In this document: piece after piece, positions 49,457 to 59,404 of the stretch | How the letters are laid out: each line of letters starts with the position of its first letter | Numbering within the stretch: position 1 is the stretch's first letter | Assembly: GCA_028279655.1 (NCBI GenBank) | Contig: JANQNH010000001.1 | Location: 17,484 to 81,483 of the forward strand | Reading direction: 5' to 3' | Length of the DNA: 64,000 bases | Origin: Candidatus Nanoarchaeia archaeon | GTDB taxonomy: Archaea > Nanobdellota > Nanobdellia > Woesearchaeales > JACPBV01 | The notes under the pieces: model-generated | Database searches by the model: none | What the model was told of the DNA's origin: nothing | What the model saw: the letters and a program-made list of their open reading frames with translations, nothing else | Position numbers and translations under genes: made by a program

Positions 49457-50473
49457 ATGAGAATAGCAATAACTTGCAGCATAAAACCTGAAAATGTTCG
49501 TGAAGAGGAGAAGGAGAAGTATGCTGAATTTGATTCTAAGGAAACCATTGATGATCTTTCAGAAGCTATCAAATCAAATGCGCATGAAGTTGAGATTATC
49601 GATGTAAGAGAAGATATAAAGGATGTCCTGATGTCTAAGAAGGACAATATTGATCTTGTTTTTAATGTTGCAGAGGGAATTGAAGGGGAGGAGAGAGAAG
49701 CACTGGTTCCCGGAGTATGCGAGGAATTAGGCATTCCTTTTTCCGGCGCTGGTTTCAAGACCTCTGTGATTGTGCTAAATAAGGCAAAGGCAAAGGATGT
49801 CCTGATGAAGAATGATATCAAAACTCCCAGATATAAGGTTTTTGAGACTGGAAATGAAGCATTTGATCTGAGATTTCCCATACTCATCAAGCCTTTGATC
49901 GAAGGAAGCTCTAGGGGTGTATTTAATGAGAACCTAGTTAGTAATGTTGAGGACCTTAGGAGAATTGTAAGAAAAATTATCGAGGAATATAAACAGCCAG
50001 CCATAGGGGAGGAATTTCTTAGCGGCAGGGAATTTACTGTTTCTGTTATTGGCTATAAGAACCCAATAGTGCTTCCGATTGTTGAGATAAAGTTTGATCA
50101 TCTTCCACCTGATATCAACCCCATGGATAGTTATGAAGCAAAGTGGATATATGACAGTCCTGAATATAATGAGAAGCATAATGTTGATCCTGTCCAATGT
50201 CCTGCTATTCTTGATGATAGGCTGAGACAGGAGATAGAGGATATAGTTTTGCAGACCTATAAGGTATTAGATTGCAAGGATTGGGCAAGGATTGATGTTA
50301 GACTGGATAAGGAAGGAGTTCCAAATATCTTGGAGGTTAATACCCCTCCTGGTTTTATGAAGGATCCTAAAGAAAATTCAAGGTTGCCAAAGGCTGCCTA
50401 TGCTAATGGATGGAGTTATGAGAAGCTTATCGGAGAGGTTTTGAAGAGCGCTATTGGGAGGTGGAATCTGTGA
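49457..50473 (+). CDS. D-Ala-D-Ala-ligase-like ATP-grasp enzyme 1
   Basis: VFNVAEG, IKPLIEGSSRG, EEFLSGREFTV, ARIDVR, LEVNTPPG. Confidence 0.88.
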   Translation: MRIAITCSIKPENVREEEKEKYAEFDSKETIDDLSEAIKSNAHEVEIIDVREDIKDVLMSKKDNIDLVFNVAEGIEGEEREALVPGVCEELGIPFSGAGFKTSVIVLNKAKAKDVLMKNDIKTPRYKVFETGNEAFDLRFPILIKPLIEGSSRGVFNENLVSNVEDLRRIVRKIIEEYKQPAIGEEFLSGREFTVSVIGYKNPIVLPIVEIKFDHLPPDINPMDSYEAKWIYDSPEYNEKHNVDPVQCPAILDDRLRQEIEDIVLQTYKVLDCKDWARIDVRLDKEGVPNILEVNTPPGFMKDPKENSRLPKAAYANGWSYEKLIGEVLKSAIGRWNL

Positions 50474-51468
50474 AAATTGCTGTGATATATACCAAGAGAG
50501 AAGAGATGGCAGAATCATACCATGAGGATTGGGAAGGCAGGGATACTAATGATGATGCTGAGTCTGTTATGAAGGCTTTAAAGGAACTAGGGCATGAGGT
50601 TAAGGTATATTATGTTGATCTTGACCTGTTCGAGAGCCTTAAGAGGGATAAGAAAGACATAGATATGGTTTTTAACATGTGTGATGACGGTTTTTATTCT
50701 GATCCTGAGTTAGAGCCACACGTGCCTGCCATGCTGGATATTCTGGAGATACCCTATACCGGGGGAGATTATCTAACATTGGCTTTGACCTTAAGGAAGG
50801 CTATGGTAAAGAAGATACTTATCTATCATGATCTTCCTACGCCAAGGTTTAAACTCTTTGAGACCGGAGATGAATCTTTTGATATGGGCTTTCCATTGAT
50901 TGTTAAGCCTGCTCTGGAGGACGCTTCTATCGGGATTAAAGATGAGTCTGTTGTATATGATGAAGAGAAATTGAGAGAAAGGGTCAAGTACGTTATCAAG
51001 GAGTATGAGCAGCCTGCGCTTGTTGAGGAGTTTATCGATGGAAGGGAGTTTAATGTTGGAGTGATAGGTGATAATGAGATACTTCCACTTTCTGAGATAA
51101 CCTTTGATGGTCTGCCTGCCGATAAGCCCAAGATTGTGAATTATGATGCTAAGTGGAAGGAGGATTCTATCGATTATAAGGAAACCAGAAGGAGCTGTCC
51201 TGCAAAGGTTGATGAGATATTAGGAAATAAGCTTAGGGAACTTGCCTTGAAAGCGGGTTCTTTGTTTGGATGCAGGGATTACTTTAGGGTAGATTTTAGG
51301 GTTAGGGGGGATGAACCTTTTATCCTTGAGGTTAATCAGAGCCCGGATATCTCAGAGGATGCAGGTCTTTTTGCTATGGCCCAGGCAAAAGGTTATAGCT
51401 ATAAGGATCTGATCGACAAGATTATCACCAATGTTATGAAAAGAGAAAAGGATGATAGTCCAGAATAA
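50461..51468 (+). CDS. D-Ala-D-Ala-ligase-like ATP-grasp enzyme 2
   Basis: VFNMCD, VKPALEDASIGI, EEFIDGREFNV, FRVDFR, LEVNQSPD. Confidence 0.88.
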   Translation: MESVKIAVIYTKREEMAESYHEDWEGRDTNDDAESVMKALKELGHEVKVYYVDLDLFESLKRDKKDIDMVFNMCDDGFYSDPELEPHVPAMLDILEIPYTGGDYLTLALTLRKAMVKKILIYHDLPTPRFKLFETGDESFDMGFPLIVKPALEDASIGIKDESVVYDEEKLRERVKYVIKEYEQPALVEEFIDGREFNVGVIGDNEILPLSEITFDGLPADKPKIVNYDAKWKEDSIDYKETRRSCPAKVDEILGNKLRELALKAGSLFGCRDYFRVDFRVRGDEPFILEVNQSPDISEDAGLFAMAQAKGYSYKDLIDKIITNVMKREKDDSPE

Positions 51469-52786
51469 GCTTGAGAAAAGAGGTTTTTCTGTAAATCTAT
51501 TTAAAGATGCAAGTATAGAATACCAGGAGGATGTCTGGGAGAATATTTCTGAGGATTATAAGAAGGCGATTATGGATAACTTAGTCTATCTGAAGCTATC
51601 CCCTTATTCTATGTTCCAGGAAATGCATTTTGATTTCCCTAAGCCTTTTCTTTCTGAATTGGGGGACAAGGGGGTTATCGGGGATATTCCAAGAATCGCA
51701 TATGAAGATAAGGTTTCTGCTAAAGAGATGATTGAGAGGTTTAGGAATAAACATGTTGATTTTTGTGAAGGTAGCTCTGCATCCATGAGTGGTATAGAGA
51801 CTGAAGATACCCCCTTGATCGGGATTTCTTTTGGGAAGGATAGTCTTTTGTCTTATGCAGTTGCTAAGGAATTAGGACTAGATCCTGAGCTTGTTATGGT
51901 ACAGGATTTCTGGGATAAGGAGGCGGACTTTAAGTTTGACATAATAGACAGATTTGAGGATGAGTTTGATGAGGAGATATACATAGTTTATGATTACATG
52001 GATGATGTATCAGCCTATAAGCGGATAAATAAGCTTGGTTCAGAGGGGGTTGTTGGTGCTAATGCGATAAATTCCTATATTGCCATGCTTCTTCCATTGG
52101 CAGTGAGGCATAGGGCAGATACGCTTGTCTTTGGGAATGAACAAAATTTTAATGATTACTTTTTAAATGAAGAGGGATTTAAGGTTTATCCTTCCTATGA
52201 ACAGTCGAGCGACTGGATGGAGGAACAGAACAAGGCCTTGGATGAGTTTACAGGAGGAAATGTTAAGGTCACTAGTTTTGTTGAGCCCCTGTATAATATT
52301 GCTGAGGTGAAGGTATTGTTCAGCAGGTATCAGTCTATAGCAAGATATCAGATGTCCTGTGATCTTTCATACTCTAAAGGGGGGAGAGGGATGTGGTGCT
52401 ATAACTGTCCTATGTGCGGCAAGGCCTTCCTATACCTAAAGGCCATAGGTGTTGATCCCAAGGTCATTGGTTTCAATAAAAACTTTTTTGACAAGGAATT
52501 TGAAAGACACTATCCTTTGTTCACCCCGCCTACCCGCATCTATGAGAAGCCTGCTGCTGTAAGGGATGAGCAGCTTTTTGGTTTTTACCTTGCTTTTAAG
52601 TCGGATTGCAAGGGTTATCTTATTGACCAGTTTGCGGATAGGTTTTTGGATGAAGCTAAAGAACGCGAGGATGAGTTATTCAATAAATTCTTCAAGGTGC
52701 ATGATTCTGTGTCTATGGATGGGAGGATCAAGGCAGGGATCAATTCTATCTATAGAGAGGAGCTGGATAAGGAGAGCTTAGGATGA
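51452..52786 (+). CDS. PP-loop protein resembling MurL (peptide Glu epimerase)
   Basis: ISFGKDSLL PP-loop, FGNE, QMSC, WCYNCPMC. Confidence 0.55.
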   Translation: MIVQNKLEKRGFSVNLFKDASIEYQEDVWENISEDYKKAIMDNLVYLKLSPYSMFQEMHFDFPKPFLSELGDKGVIGDIPRIAYEDKVSAKEMIERFRNKHVDFCEGSSASMSGIETEDTPLIGISFGKDSLLSYAVAKELGLDPELVMVQDFWDKEADFKFDIIDRFEDEFDEEIYIVYDYMDDVSAYKRINKLGSEGVVGANAINSYIAMLLPLAVRHRADTLVFGNEQNFNDYFLNEEGFKVYPSYEQSSDWMEEQNKALDEFTGGNVKVTSFVEPLYNIAEVKVLFSRYQSIARYQMSCDLSYSKGGRGMWCYNCPMCGKAFLYLKAIGVDPKVIGFNKNFFDKEFERHYPLFTPPTRIYEKPAAVRDEQLFGFYLAFKSDCKGYLIDQFADRFLDEAKEREDELFNKFFKVHDSVSMDGRIKAGINSIYREELDKESLG

Positions 52787-54153
52787 GATGGGAAGATGCT
52801 ATCGGTCCATTAAAGGAAGGATGGAATGAAGATATTGATGAGGATGACGGGAATTACTATGAAGATATAGTCAACAGCGTCTTAAAAAAGAAGGATTTGT
52901 TGCTTGAGAGCGCTTCTAGATTTGGCACCCCCCAATATATCCTTGATGAGGATGTCCTTAGGGAGAAGGCGTCTGGTTTTATGCAGAACTTCAGGAATTT
53001 TATACCTAACTCCAGGTTTTTCTATGCTTTCAAGTCTAACGATCTTCCTTACATATGTGGTTTTTTGAGGGATCTTGGGTTTAATGCTGATGTTGCTGGT
53101 TTGTTTGAGCTGCAACTGGCTTTGAAACTGAATTTTAAGCGTATAATCTTTACAGGGCCTGCGAAGAGTACGGAAGAGCTTTTGTTAGCTATCGAAAATA
53201 GAAACAGGGTGGTAATAAATGTGGACAACAAGGATGAGCTTGATAGGGTGATAGGTTTGGTGGATGATGGCAGAGTTAGGATCAGCGTTAGAGTCAATCC
53301 GGATAGTTCGGTGATGAAGACCTGGAGCAAGTTTGGGGTTGACTTCGATGAATTGAAGGAGGTTATCTCAAGGGCCAGGACTAGCAGTAAGGTCTCACTG
53401 GTCGGTCTACATTTTCATTCTTCATGGAACGATACTCCAGAACGTTACTGTAAGAATATTAAACTGATCGGAGAATTCCTGAAGGAAGACCTATCTCAGT
53501 TTGAGTTCCTTGATATCGGTGGAGGGATATATCCAGAGGACCAGGCAACCCTGACAAAGTTCAGCCATAACTATGTCTTAAGAGAGGTTGTTTCAGAGGT
53601 ACAGGAAGAGCATCTTGATTTTGACTTAAGTGAGTTTGTTGTTGATGATGTCGATTCTCTGGAGGTGTTTGGGAAAGAGATTTCGAGTGCGTTAGAGAAA
53701 TATATATTTCCCTTCAATAAAGATATGGATATCTATCTTGAGCCTGGAAGGTATGTCTCTAACAATTCAACCCATATTCTGCTGAAGGTACTCTGTGAAA
53801 AAGGAGAGAACGTGATTGTTGATGGCGGCATGAACCTTATAGGAAGCCTGGATTTTTCACAATATCTTTTTGCACCTATTGTCAACCTTTCTAATCCTTC
53901 CTTGGAATTAAGAAAGAAAACAATCTATGGGAGTCTATGTAAAGCGGATGACCTTTGGGGTTATTCATTTTTTGGAGAGGGTTGCAAGAAAGATGATGTT
54001 GTGATCGTATTGATGCAGGGAAGCTATACATTCTCAAGGGCGTGGAGATTCATTAAAGAGACTGCCCCATACGTTGTTATATCCAACGGTAAATTGAGAT
54101 TAGCAAAAGAGAAAGAAAAATTTTCTGATAGGTATTCTGGCTGCAAGTTCTGA
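52783..54153 (+). CDS. PLP fold-III decarboxylase (diaminopimelate decarboxylase-like)
   Basis: FGTPQY, FYAFKSN, SKFG, LDIGGG, EPGRY, GSLC..DD, GSY. Confidence 0.82.
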   Translation: MRWEDAIGPLKEGWNEDIDEDDGNYYEDIVNSVLKKKDLLLESASRFGTPQYILDEDVLREKASGFMQNFRNFIPNSRFFYAFKSNDLPYICGFLRDLGFNADVAGLFELQLALKLNFKRIIFTGPAKSTEELLLAIENRNRVVINVDNKDELDRVIGLVDDGRVRISVRVNPDSSVMKTWSKFGVDFDELKEVISRARTSSKVSLVGLHFHSSWNDTPERYCKNIKLIGEFLKEDLSQFEFLDIGGGIYPEDQATLTKFSHNYVLREVVSEVQEEHLDFDLSEFVVDDVDSLEVFGKEISSALEKYIFPFNKDMDIYLEPGRYVSNNSTHILLKVLCEKGENVIVDGGMNLIGSLDFSQYLFAPIVNLSNPSLELRKKTIYGSLCKADDLWGYSFFGEGCKKDDVVIVLMQGSYTFSRAWRFIKETAPYVVISNGKLRLAKEKEKFSDRYSGCKF

Positions 54154-54520
54154 AAAAGATTTTTTCTGAGAATTAAAGAATAATTTCTAGATTATAAAAT
54201 TGTAATTATTTTTCTTAAAAAAATAAAAATTTTGTAAAATATTAAAAAACTTTTCTCGTTTTTTTCGACGAGAAATTAAAAAAATAAAAACTTTTTTTAA
54301 AAAAATAAAAAAAAATAAATTTTTTTTTATCCATTTTGTCGACGGTAAATTCAAAAAAGAATAAGCTTTAAATACTACTAATTTCAGTAAAAAATATTAA
54401 AAAAATTAATTTTTTCCAAAAAAAGCTGGTGAAATAAGAGATGATTACCAAAAATTCATTGTTTCTTCTCCATTTTATCCATGATTATAAACTGAGAGAA
54501 GAATTTTTTTGAGGTCAACA

Positions 54521-55630
54521 ATGCCAGGACAACAAGAAGAAACATTGATAAAGAAGAAATATGCGAAAGAGATTGAACAGGTTGAATTATGGGAAGAATT
54601 GTTGAGAAAAAGCATTGTTGATGAAGGGCAGCTTGATGCAATCTGCAAAGGAAATATCGATAAAGAGAAGCTGAAGGCTGTAATCAAGAAATACCCGATG
54701 AGGATAAACCCCTATTATCTAAGTCTTGTGAAAAAGAAGGATGATGCAATCTGGAAGCAATGCATCCCTGATGTCCGTGAGCTTGATGATCCTAAGGGTT
54801 TTGAGGACCCCCTTTGCGAAGAAAGGGACAGTCCGGTCCCTGGCTTGACACATAGATATCCAGACAGGGTCCTTCTGCTGGTATGTAACCAATGTGCAAT
54901 GTATTGCAGGTTCTGTACAAGGAAAAGAAAGGTAGGTGATCCTTTCAAACGGATTACAAGGGCCCAAATATTAAGGGGTATCGAATATATAAAAGGACAT
55001 CCTGAGGTAAGGGACGTGCTTTTGTCAGGAGGAGACCCTTTCCTGCTTTCTGATTCTTATCTTGAATGGATACTGAAGGAACTAAGAAGCATACCTCACG
55101 TTGAGATTATTCGTATTGGAACACGAGTACCATGTGCTCTTCCGCATAGGGTAACTCCTGAGTTGTGCAACATGTTAAAGAAGTACCATCCTTTATATGT
55201 AAATATCCATTTTGCTCATCCGGATGAGATAACTGAACTAAGCGAGAGTGCATGCAATATGCTGTCTGATGCAGGTATCCTGTTGAGTAGCCAGACTGTG
55301 TTGCTTAGGGGTGTTAATGATGATCCTAAGGTCATGAAGGACCTTATGCAGAAGCTCCTGAAGATAAGGGTGCGACCATATTATATCTATCAGGCAGATA
55401 TGACTATGGGGATTAACCATTTCAGAACAAAGGTTGAGAAAGGTATAGAGATCATTGAGAAGATCCAGGGATGGACCTCTGGATTGTGCGTCCCTCATTT
55501 TGTTATCGACAGTCCCGGCGGAGGAGGGAAGATACCAATCCTGCCTAATTTTATTGTTTCCAGAGATGATAAGAAGATAGTCCTAAGGAATTATTCCGGG
55601 AAGACATATACTTATGAAGAGCATTGTTGA
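54521..55630 (+). CDS. kamA: KamA-family radical SAM enzyme, probable lysine 2,3-aminomutase
   Basis: HRYPDRVLL, CAMYCRFCTRKR, LSGGDP, YYIYQAD, DSPGGGGK; GAGGT RBS. Confidence 0.9.
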   Translation: MPGQQEETLIKKKYAKEIEQVELWEELLRKSIVDEGQLDAICKGNIDKEKLKAVIKKYPMRINPYYLSLVKKKDDAIWKQCIPDVRELDDPKGFEDPLCEERDSPVPGLTHRYPDRVLLLVCNQCAMYCRFCTRKRKVGDPFKRITRAQILRGIEYIKGHPEVRDVLLSGGDPFLLSDSYLEWILKELRSIPHVEIIRIGTRVPCALPHRVTPELCNMLKKYHPLYVNIHFAHPDEITELSESACNMLSDAGILLSSQTVLLRGVNDDPKVMKDLMQKLLKIRVRPYYIYQADMTMGINHFRTKVEKGIEIIEKIQGWTSGLCVPHFVIDSPGGGGKIPILPNFIVSRDDKKIVLRNYSGKTYTYEEHC

Positions 55631-55713
55631 GATAAATAGGAAGAATTCTTTTGATTTTATTTTAATTGTTCTTGATGCAAAGGTTTATATGCTTTTCGCT
55701 AGCTCCAATTTTT

Positions 55714-55953
55714 ATGAGAGCATGTATTGATTGCGATATAACCTTCAAGGTCCAGTATTGTTGTGGATCAGATCCAGATACAAAGAAATCAGTAGATCTT
55801 GTACTAGCGGATGGTCTAGTTGTAAGTGCGTGTCCTAGTTTGAACAGGGACGGTGGCTGCAATCAATACGGCTCAAGACCAGATCCTTGCAAAGAATATA
55901 TAGATTGTCCGAATCTTGAAGGAGTGGATCTTTTTGATATACTATATGCGTAA
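55714..55953 (+). CDS. Small Cys-rich YkgJ-like protein
   Basis: CIDC..YCC, CPSL..DGGC.QY.SRPDPC. Confidence 0.65.
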   Translation: MRACIDCDITFKVQYCCGSDPDTKKSVDLVLADGLVVSACPSLNRDGGCNQYGSRPDPCKEYIDCPNLEGVDLFDILYA

Positions 55954-55973
55954 TATATGCATAAGAAATAGTC

Positions 55974-57329
55974 TTACCTGCCCATTCCTTTTGGCATCTT
56001 GCCTTGGAACTTCTTCATCAACTTATTGATGTCTCCCTTTCCTTTCATCATCTTCATCATCTTTTTGCTCTGCCGATACTGTTTGATCAGTTCCCGTACT
56101 GTACCTGTTGTTACTCCTGAGCCTTTTGCAATTCTCTCAATTCTTTTGGAGTCCAAAACTTCATCTGGTTTTTCAAGCTCTTCTTGGGTCATTCCCTGCA
56201 TAGCATACTTCCATTTCTTGAGCTTGCCTTCCTGCACCTTTAACATCTCCTTGGGCATCTTCAACTGTCCAAAGCCAGGGATCATCTCTGTTATCTTAGA
56301 AAGAGGACCCATCTTTGACATGGCTTCCATCTGTTCGTATAGATCTATAAGTGTGAAGTCTCCTTTGAGCAACCTTTTACCCAGGTCTTCTGCTTCCTCT
56401 TCTGATATGGCTTCCTTGGCCTTTTCCAGAAGGGCTTCAAGGTCTCCCATACCGAGCAACCTTCCTACAAATCCAGGAGGATTGAACTGCTCTAGGTCAT
56501 CTATCTTCTCTCCTACCCCTATGAATTTAATTGGTGCTTTGGTAACTGCACATGCAGATAAGGCGCCTCCTGCTTTTGCGGTTCCATCCATCTTTGTGGC
56601 TATTACTCCTGTTATATGGCAGGAATCGTGGAACTGCTGGGCCTGCTTCTGGGCTGCCTGACCAATATCTGCGGATATAACCAGAAGATTCTCATTTGTC
56701 TTTATCTCCTTGTTGACCGCCTCTATCTCTTTTATCAGGTCTTTGCTTAAAGCATCTCTTCCTGCAGTATCTATTATAAGAATATCATACTTCTTGTATT
56801 CATCCTTGTACTGGTTCCATATCTTTATAGGATCTTTCTCTACCTTGTTGATGTAGACAGGGACATTGACCTGCTTTGCGATCTGTTCTATCTGGTCCAT
56901 GGCTGCAGGTCGATGGATATCAAGGCCCACTAATGCTACCTTATATCCTCTTTTTGTGAAGAACCTGGCAAGCTTTCCAGTAGTTGTAGTCTTGCCGGAT
57001 CCGAACAGACCTACGAGCATCATCTTGAATGGTTTTTCCTTGATCTCTATCTTGTAGGCTTCTTTGCCTAAGAAATTTACGAGTTCTTCATAGACAATAT
57101 TGATAAGCTGCTCTCTTTTTGTAAGGCCCTTTGCTGGATCTTCCTTTTTTATCCTTTCCTTGATGCTGTTTGTCAGGTCAAAGACCAGCTTTACATTGAC
57201 ATCTGCCTGAAGCAAGGCTCTCTGGATGTCCTTAATCAGTTCGTTGATCAGTTTTTCATCTACGAACATGGACTTTGCTATCTTGCTCAAGGTATCTTTT
57301 AGGCTAGAGCCTAGTTTTTCTAGTACCAT
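55974..57329 (-). CDS. srp54: Signal recognition particle protein SRP54
   Basis: GLFGSGKTTT, DTAGR, TKMDGTAKAGG, Met-rich M domain. Confidence 0.97.
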   Translation of the reverse strand: MVLEKLGSSLKDTLSKIAKSMFVDEKLINELIKDIQRALLQADVNVKLVFDLTNSIKERIKKEDPAKGLTKREQLINIVYEELVNFLGKEAYKIEIKEKPFKMMLVGLFGSGKTTTTGKLARFFTKRGYKVALVGLDIHRPAAMDQIEQIAKQVNVPVYINKVEKDPIKIWNQYKDEYKKYDILIIDTAGRDALSKDLIKEIEAVNKEIKTNENLLVISADIGQAAQKQAQQFHDSCHITGVIATKMDGTAKAGGALSACAVTKAPIKFIGVGEKIDDLEQFNPPGFVGRLLGMGDLEALLEKAKEAISEEEAEDLGKRLLKGDFTLIDLYEQMEAMSKMGPLSKITEMIPGFGQLKMPKEMLKVQEGKLKKWKYAMQGMTQEELEKPDEVLDSKRIERIAKGSGVTTGTVRELIKQYRQSKKMMKMMKGKGDINKLMKKFQGKMPKGMGR

Positions 57330-57382
57330 ATTACATACAGAAGAAGACTTTTATTTATAAACTTAATTAAAAAAGAAAGGAT

Positions 57383-58591
57383 TTAGGATGCTTTTGGCTT
57401 TTTTGTTATTACAGCCAATCCTGCAGCAACCAAGCATAGTATGCCAGATGGAATGAAGGCATACATGTAGGAGCCTGTCAAGTCGAATATCTTTCCGCCA
57501 AGTATTGGGCCGAAGATACCGGCTACACCATAGGAGGTGAAAACCCATCCATAGTTGATGCCGATGTTTTTTGTGCCGAAGAAATCAGCTGTTGCTGAAG
57601 GGAACAATGCAAAGTTTCCACCAAAGTTGAATCCTACCCATGCAGAGGCGATCCCTAATGTCAATCCTGATGCACCCATCCTTATCAAGGCAAGCATCAT
57701 TATGCCCTGTAGAATGAACATCAAGGTCATTGCTTTGGTCCTTCCCATCTTATCCGATGCGAAGCCCCAGATTATCCTTCCTGCTCCGTTGAATAAGGCT
57801 AAGATACCTACAGCAGAGCCTGCTACTGCAGCTGGCAATCCGGAATATATCCCAAAAGGCTTTAGGTTTCCTATCACCATAAGTCCTGCTGCTGCACCAA
57901 AGGTGAACATGATCCAAAGGAACCAGAACTGTTTAGTCTTTAGCATGTCATTCCATGCCAGGTCATCTGTCTTTGATGTTTTTGAGGCCTTAACCTCTGC
58001 CTTGAATCCTTTTGGTGTCCAACCTTCTGGTGGGTTAATCATAAGAAATGAACTTGGTATTACTGCCAGTAGGAATATCAGTCCTAGGCTCATGAATGTT
58101 GCTGGAAGGCCTATTGATTCTATCAAAGAGGATGCGAGTTGTGCAAAAATCCATGCTCCTGCTCCAAAGCCAGCTACTGCTAACCCTGTAATAAGTCCCC
58201 TCTTGTCAGGAAACCATTTAACGCAGGCAGCTATAGGGCATACATAGCCAAAGCCTATCCCTGCTCCTCCTATTATCCCTATTGTGAGGATGAGTCCTGG
58301 AAACGAGGATCCGACGAATCTTGCTGCAATATATCCTAGTCCAAGGAGGATGCCTCCTGTGATAGCCACTTTCTTTGGACCTATCTTGTCCTGCAGCCTT
58401 CCTGCAAGGACCATGACGATGGCGAATGTTGCCAATGCGACTGAGAAAATTATCTGAGTCTGTGTTGTAGTATATAGATATGAATCTTTTAATGGTTTTA
58501 CAAATACGCTCCAAGAGTATATGGCTCCCAAGCATAACTGGATTATCAATGCTGCTATTACGACAATCCATCTAAATGTTTCTTTCTTCAT
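57383..58591 (-). CDS. OFA-family (OxlT-like) MFS transporter
   Basis: GAIYSWSVF, GRLQDKIGP, KWFPDKRGL, FNGAGRI.WG..SDK.GR. Confidence 0.9.
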   Translation of the reverse strand: MKKETFRWIVVIAALIIQLCLGAIYSWSVFVKPLKDSYLYTTTQTQIIFSVALATFAIVMVLAGRLQDKIGPKKVAITGGILLGLGYIAARFVGSSFPGLILTIGIIGGAGIGFGYVCPIAACVKWFPDKRGLITGLAVAGFGAGAWIFAQLASSLIESIGLPATFMSLGLIFLLAVIPSSFLMINPPEGWTPKGFKAEVKASKTSKTDDLAWNDMLKTKQFWFLWIMFTFGAAAGLMVIGNLKPFGIYSGLPAAVAGSAVGILALFNGAGRIIWGFASDKMGRTKAMTLMFILQGIMMLALIRMGASGLTLGIASAWVGFNFGGNFALFPSATADFFGTKNIGINYGWVFTSYGVAGIFGPILGGKIFDLTGSYMYAFIPSGILCLVAAGLAVITKKPKAS

Positions 58592-58645
58592 TTTTTATTC
58601 CCCCTATAAGTATATATCCTGAAGATTGAGAGGTTATATATAAAG

Positions 58646-59332
58646 TTAACCAGTAGGCGGCTTAAAGATCATGGAGTATTTTGAGGCTCGTTGGGCAACC
58701 ATATTTGGATTTTCTCCCTCGTATCCTATCTTATTCCGGAAAGCATCGGTTGTGATATCCATCGTATCGATTACACTGCCTGGATTGCAATCCTCGTACA
58801 AAAATCCTCCTGCTCTTGTAAGTGATTGGTCTCTCCTCCATACTAGCATGTTGCCTTTCCGTTCAGCAATTAGAAGTTCTATCTTTGGATTAGGTATTAA
58901 TTGTCCTTCTGTTCCTTTAACAAAATTCTTTAATTCGATTATTAACCTTTCGTACCTTCCTATCCCCATATCATCTGTAAAGTTATTTGTGAATTTTCCT
59001 CTTTCAATATAACAGTGGGCTGCTACATATTCTCTTCTATTAGCGGGCAGCCCTCCTGCTGTGTTTCCGTAAGTGAATGTTGTTCCAGTGTAATGATCAT
59101 CATGGGCAGATGCGTCGCTTGCTAAAGGGGATAATTGGGATTCAAGCTTGTACTTTTTTCTCCTATATTTCTCCTTATGGAGAACAGCTTTCATAGTAGT
59201 TTTTGTAGGCATATCTTGTTTGTCTAAGGGAGATTCTTTGCTGCCTTCCTGGATAATAATTTTCTCTAGACTTTTTTTTATCTTTGAGATATCAAACCAT
59301 TGCTCTTCTTTTTCTTCTCTTTTTGCGTGCAT
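58646..59332 (-). CDS. Hypothetical protein
   Basis: 228-aa ORF with GGTGA RBS. Confidence 0.6.
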   Translation of the reverse strand: MHAKREEKEEQWFDISKIKKSLEKIIIQEGSKESPLDKQDMPTKTTMKAVLHKEKYRRKKYKLESQLSPLASDASAHDDHYTGTTFTYGNTAGGLPANRREYVAAHCYIERGKFTNNFTDDMGIGRYERLIIELKNFVKGTEGQLIPNPKIELLIAERKGNMLVWRRDQSLTRAGGFLYEDCNPGSVIDTMDITTDAFRNKIGYEGENPNMVAQRASKYSMIFKPPTG

Positions 59333-59404
59333 ATCTGTTCACCTTACCTATGTAGGAGACTTATAAATCTAGAGAAATTATATATTATTTATAAATTTAA
59401 CCTC

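Noticed and set aside
49457-54153. Bacterial peptidoglycan operon or contaminant
   Set aside because: No murA-G, mraY or alr; archaeal TATA promoters; contiguous with archaeal srp54 and thrS
54154-54500. Replication origin
   Set aside because: AT-rich, but no recognisable ORB boxes and no adjacent cdc6/orc1
55999-58247. Long antisense ORFs (55999-56661, 57555-58247) and similar shadow ORFs
   Set aside because: Mirror frames of srp54, the MFS gene and others, with no protein-like motifs
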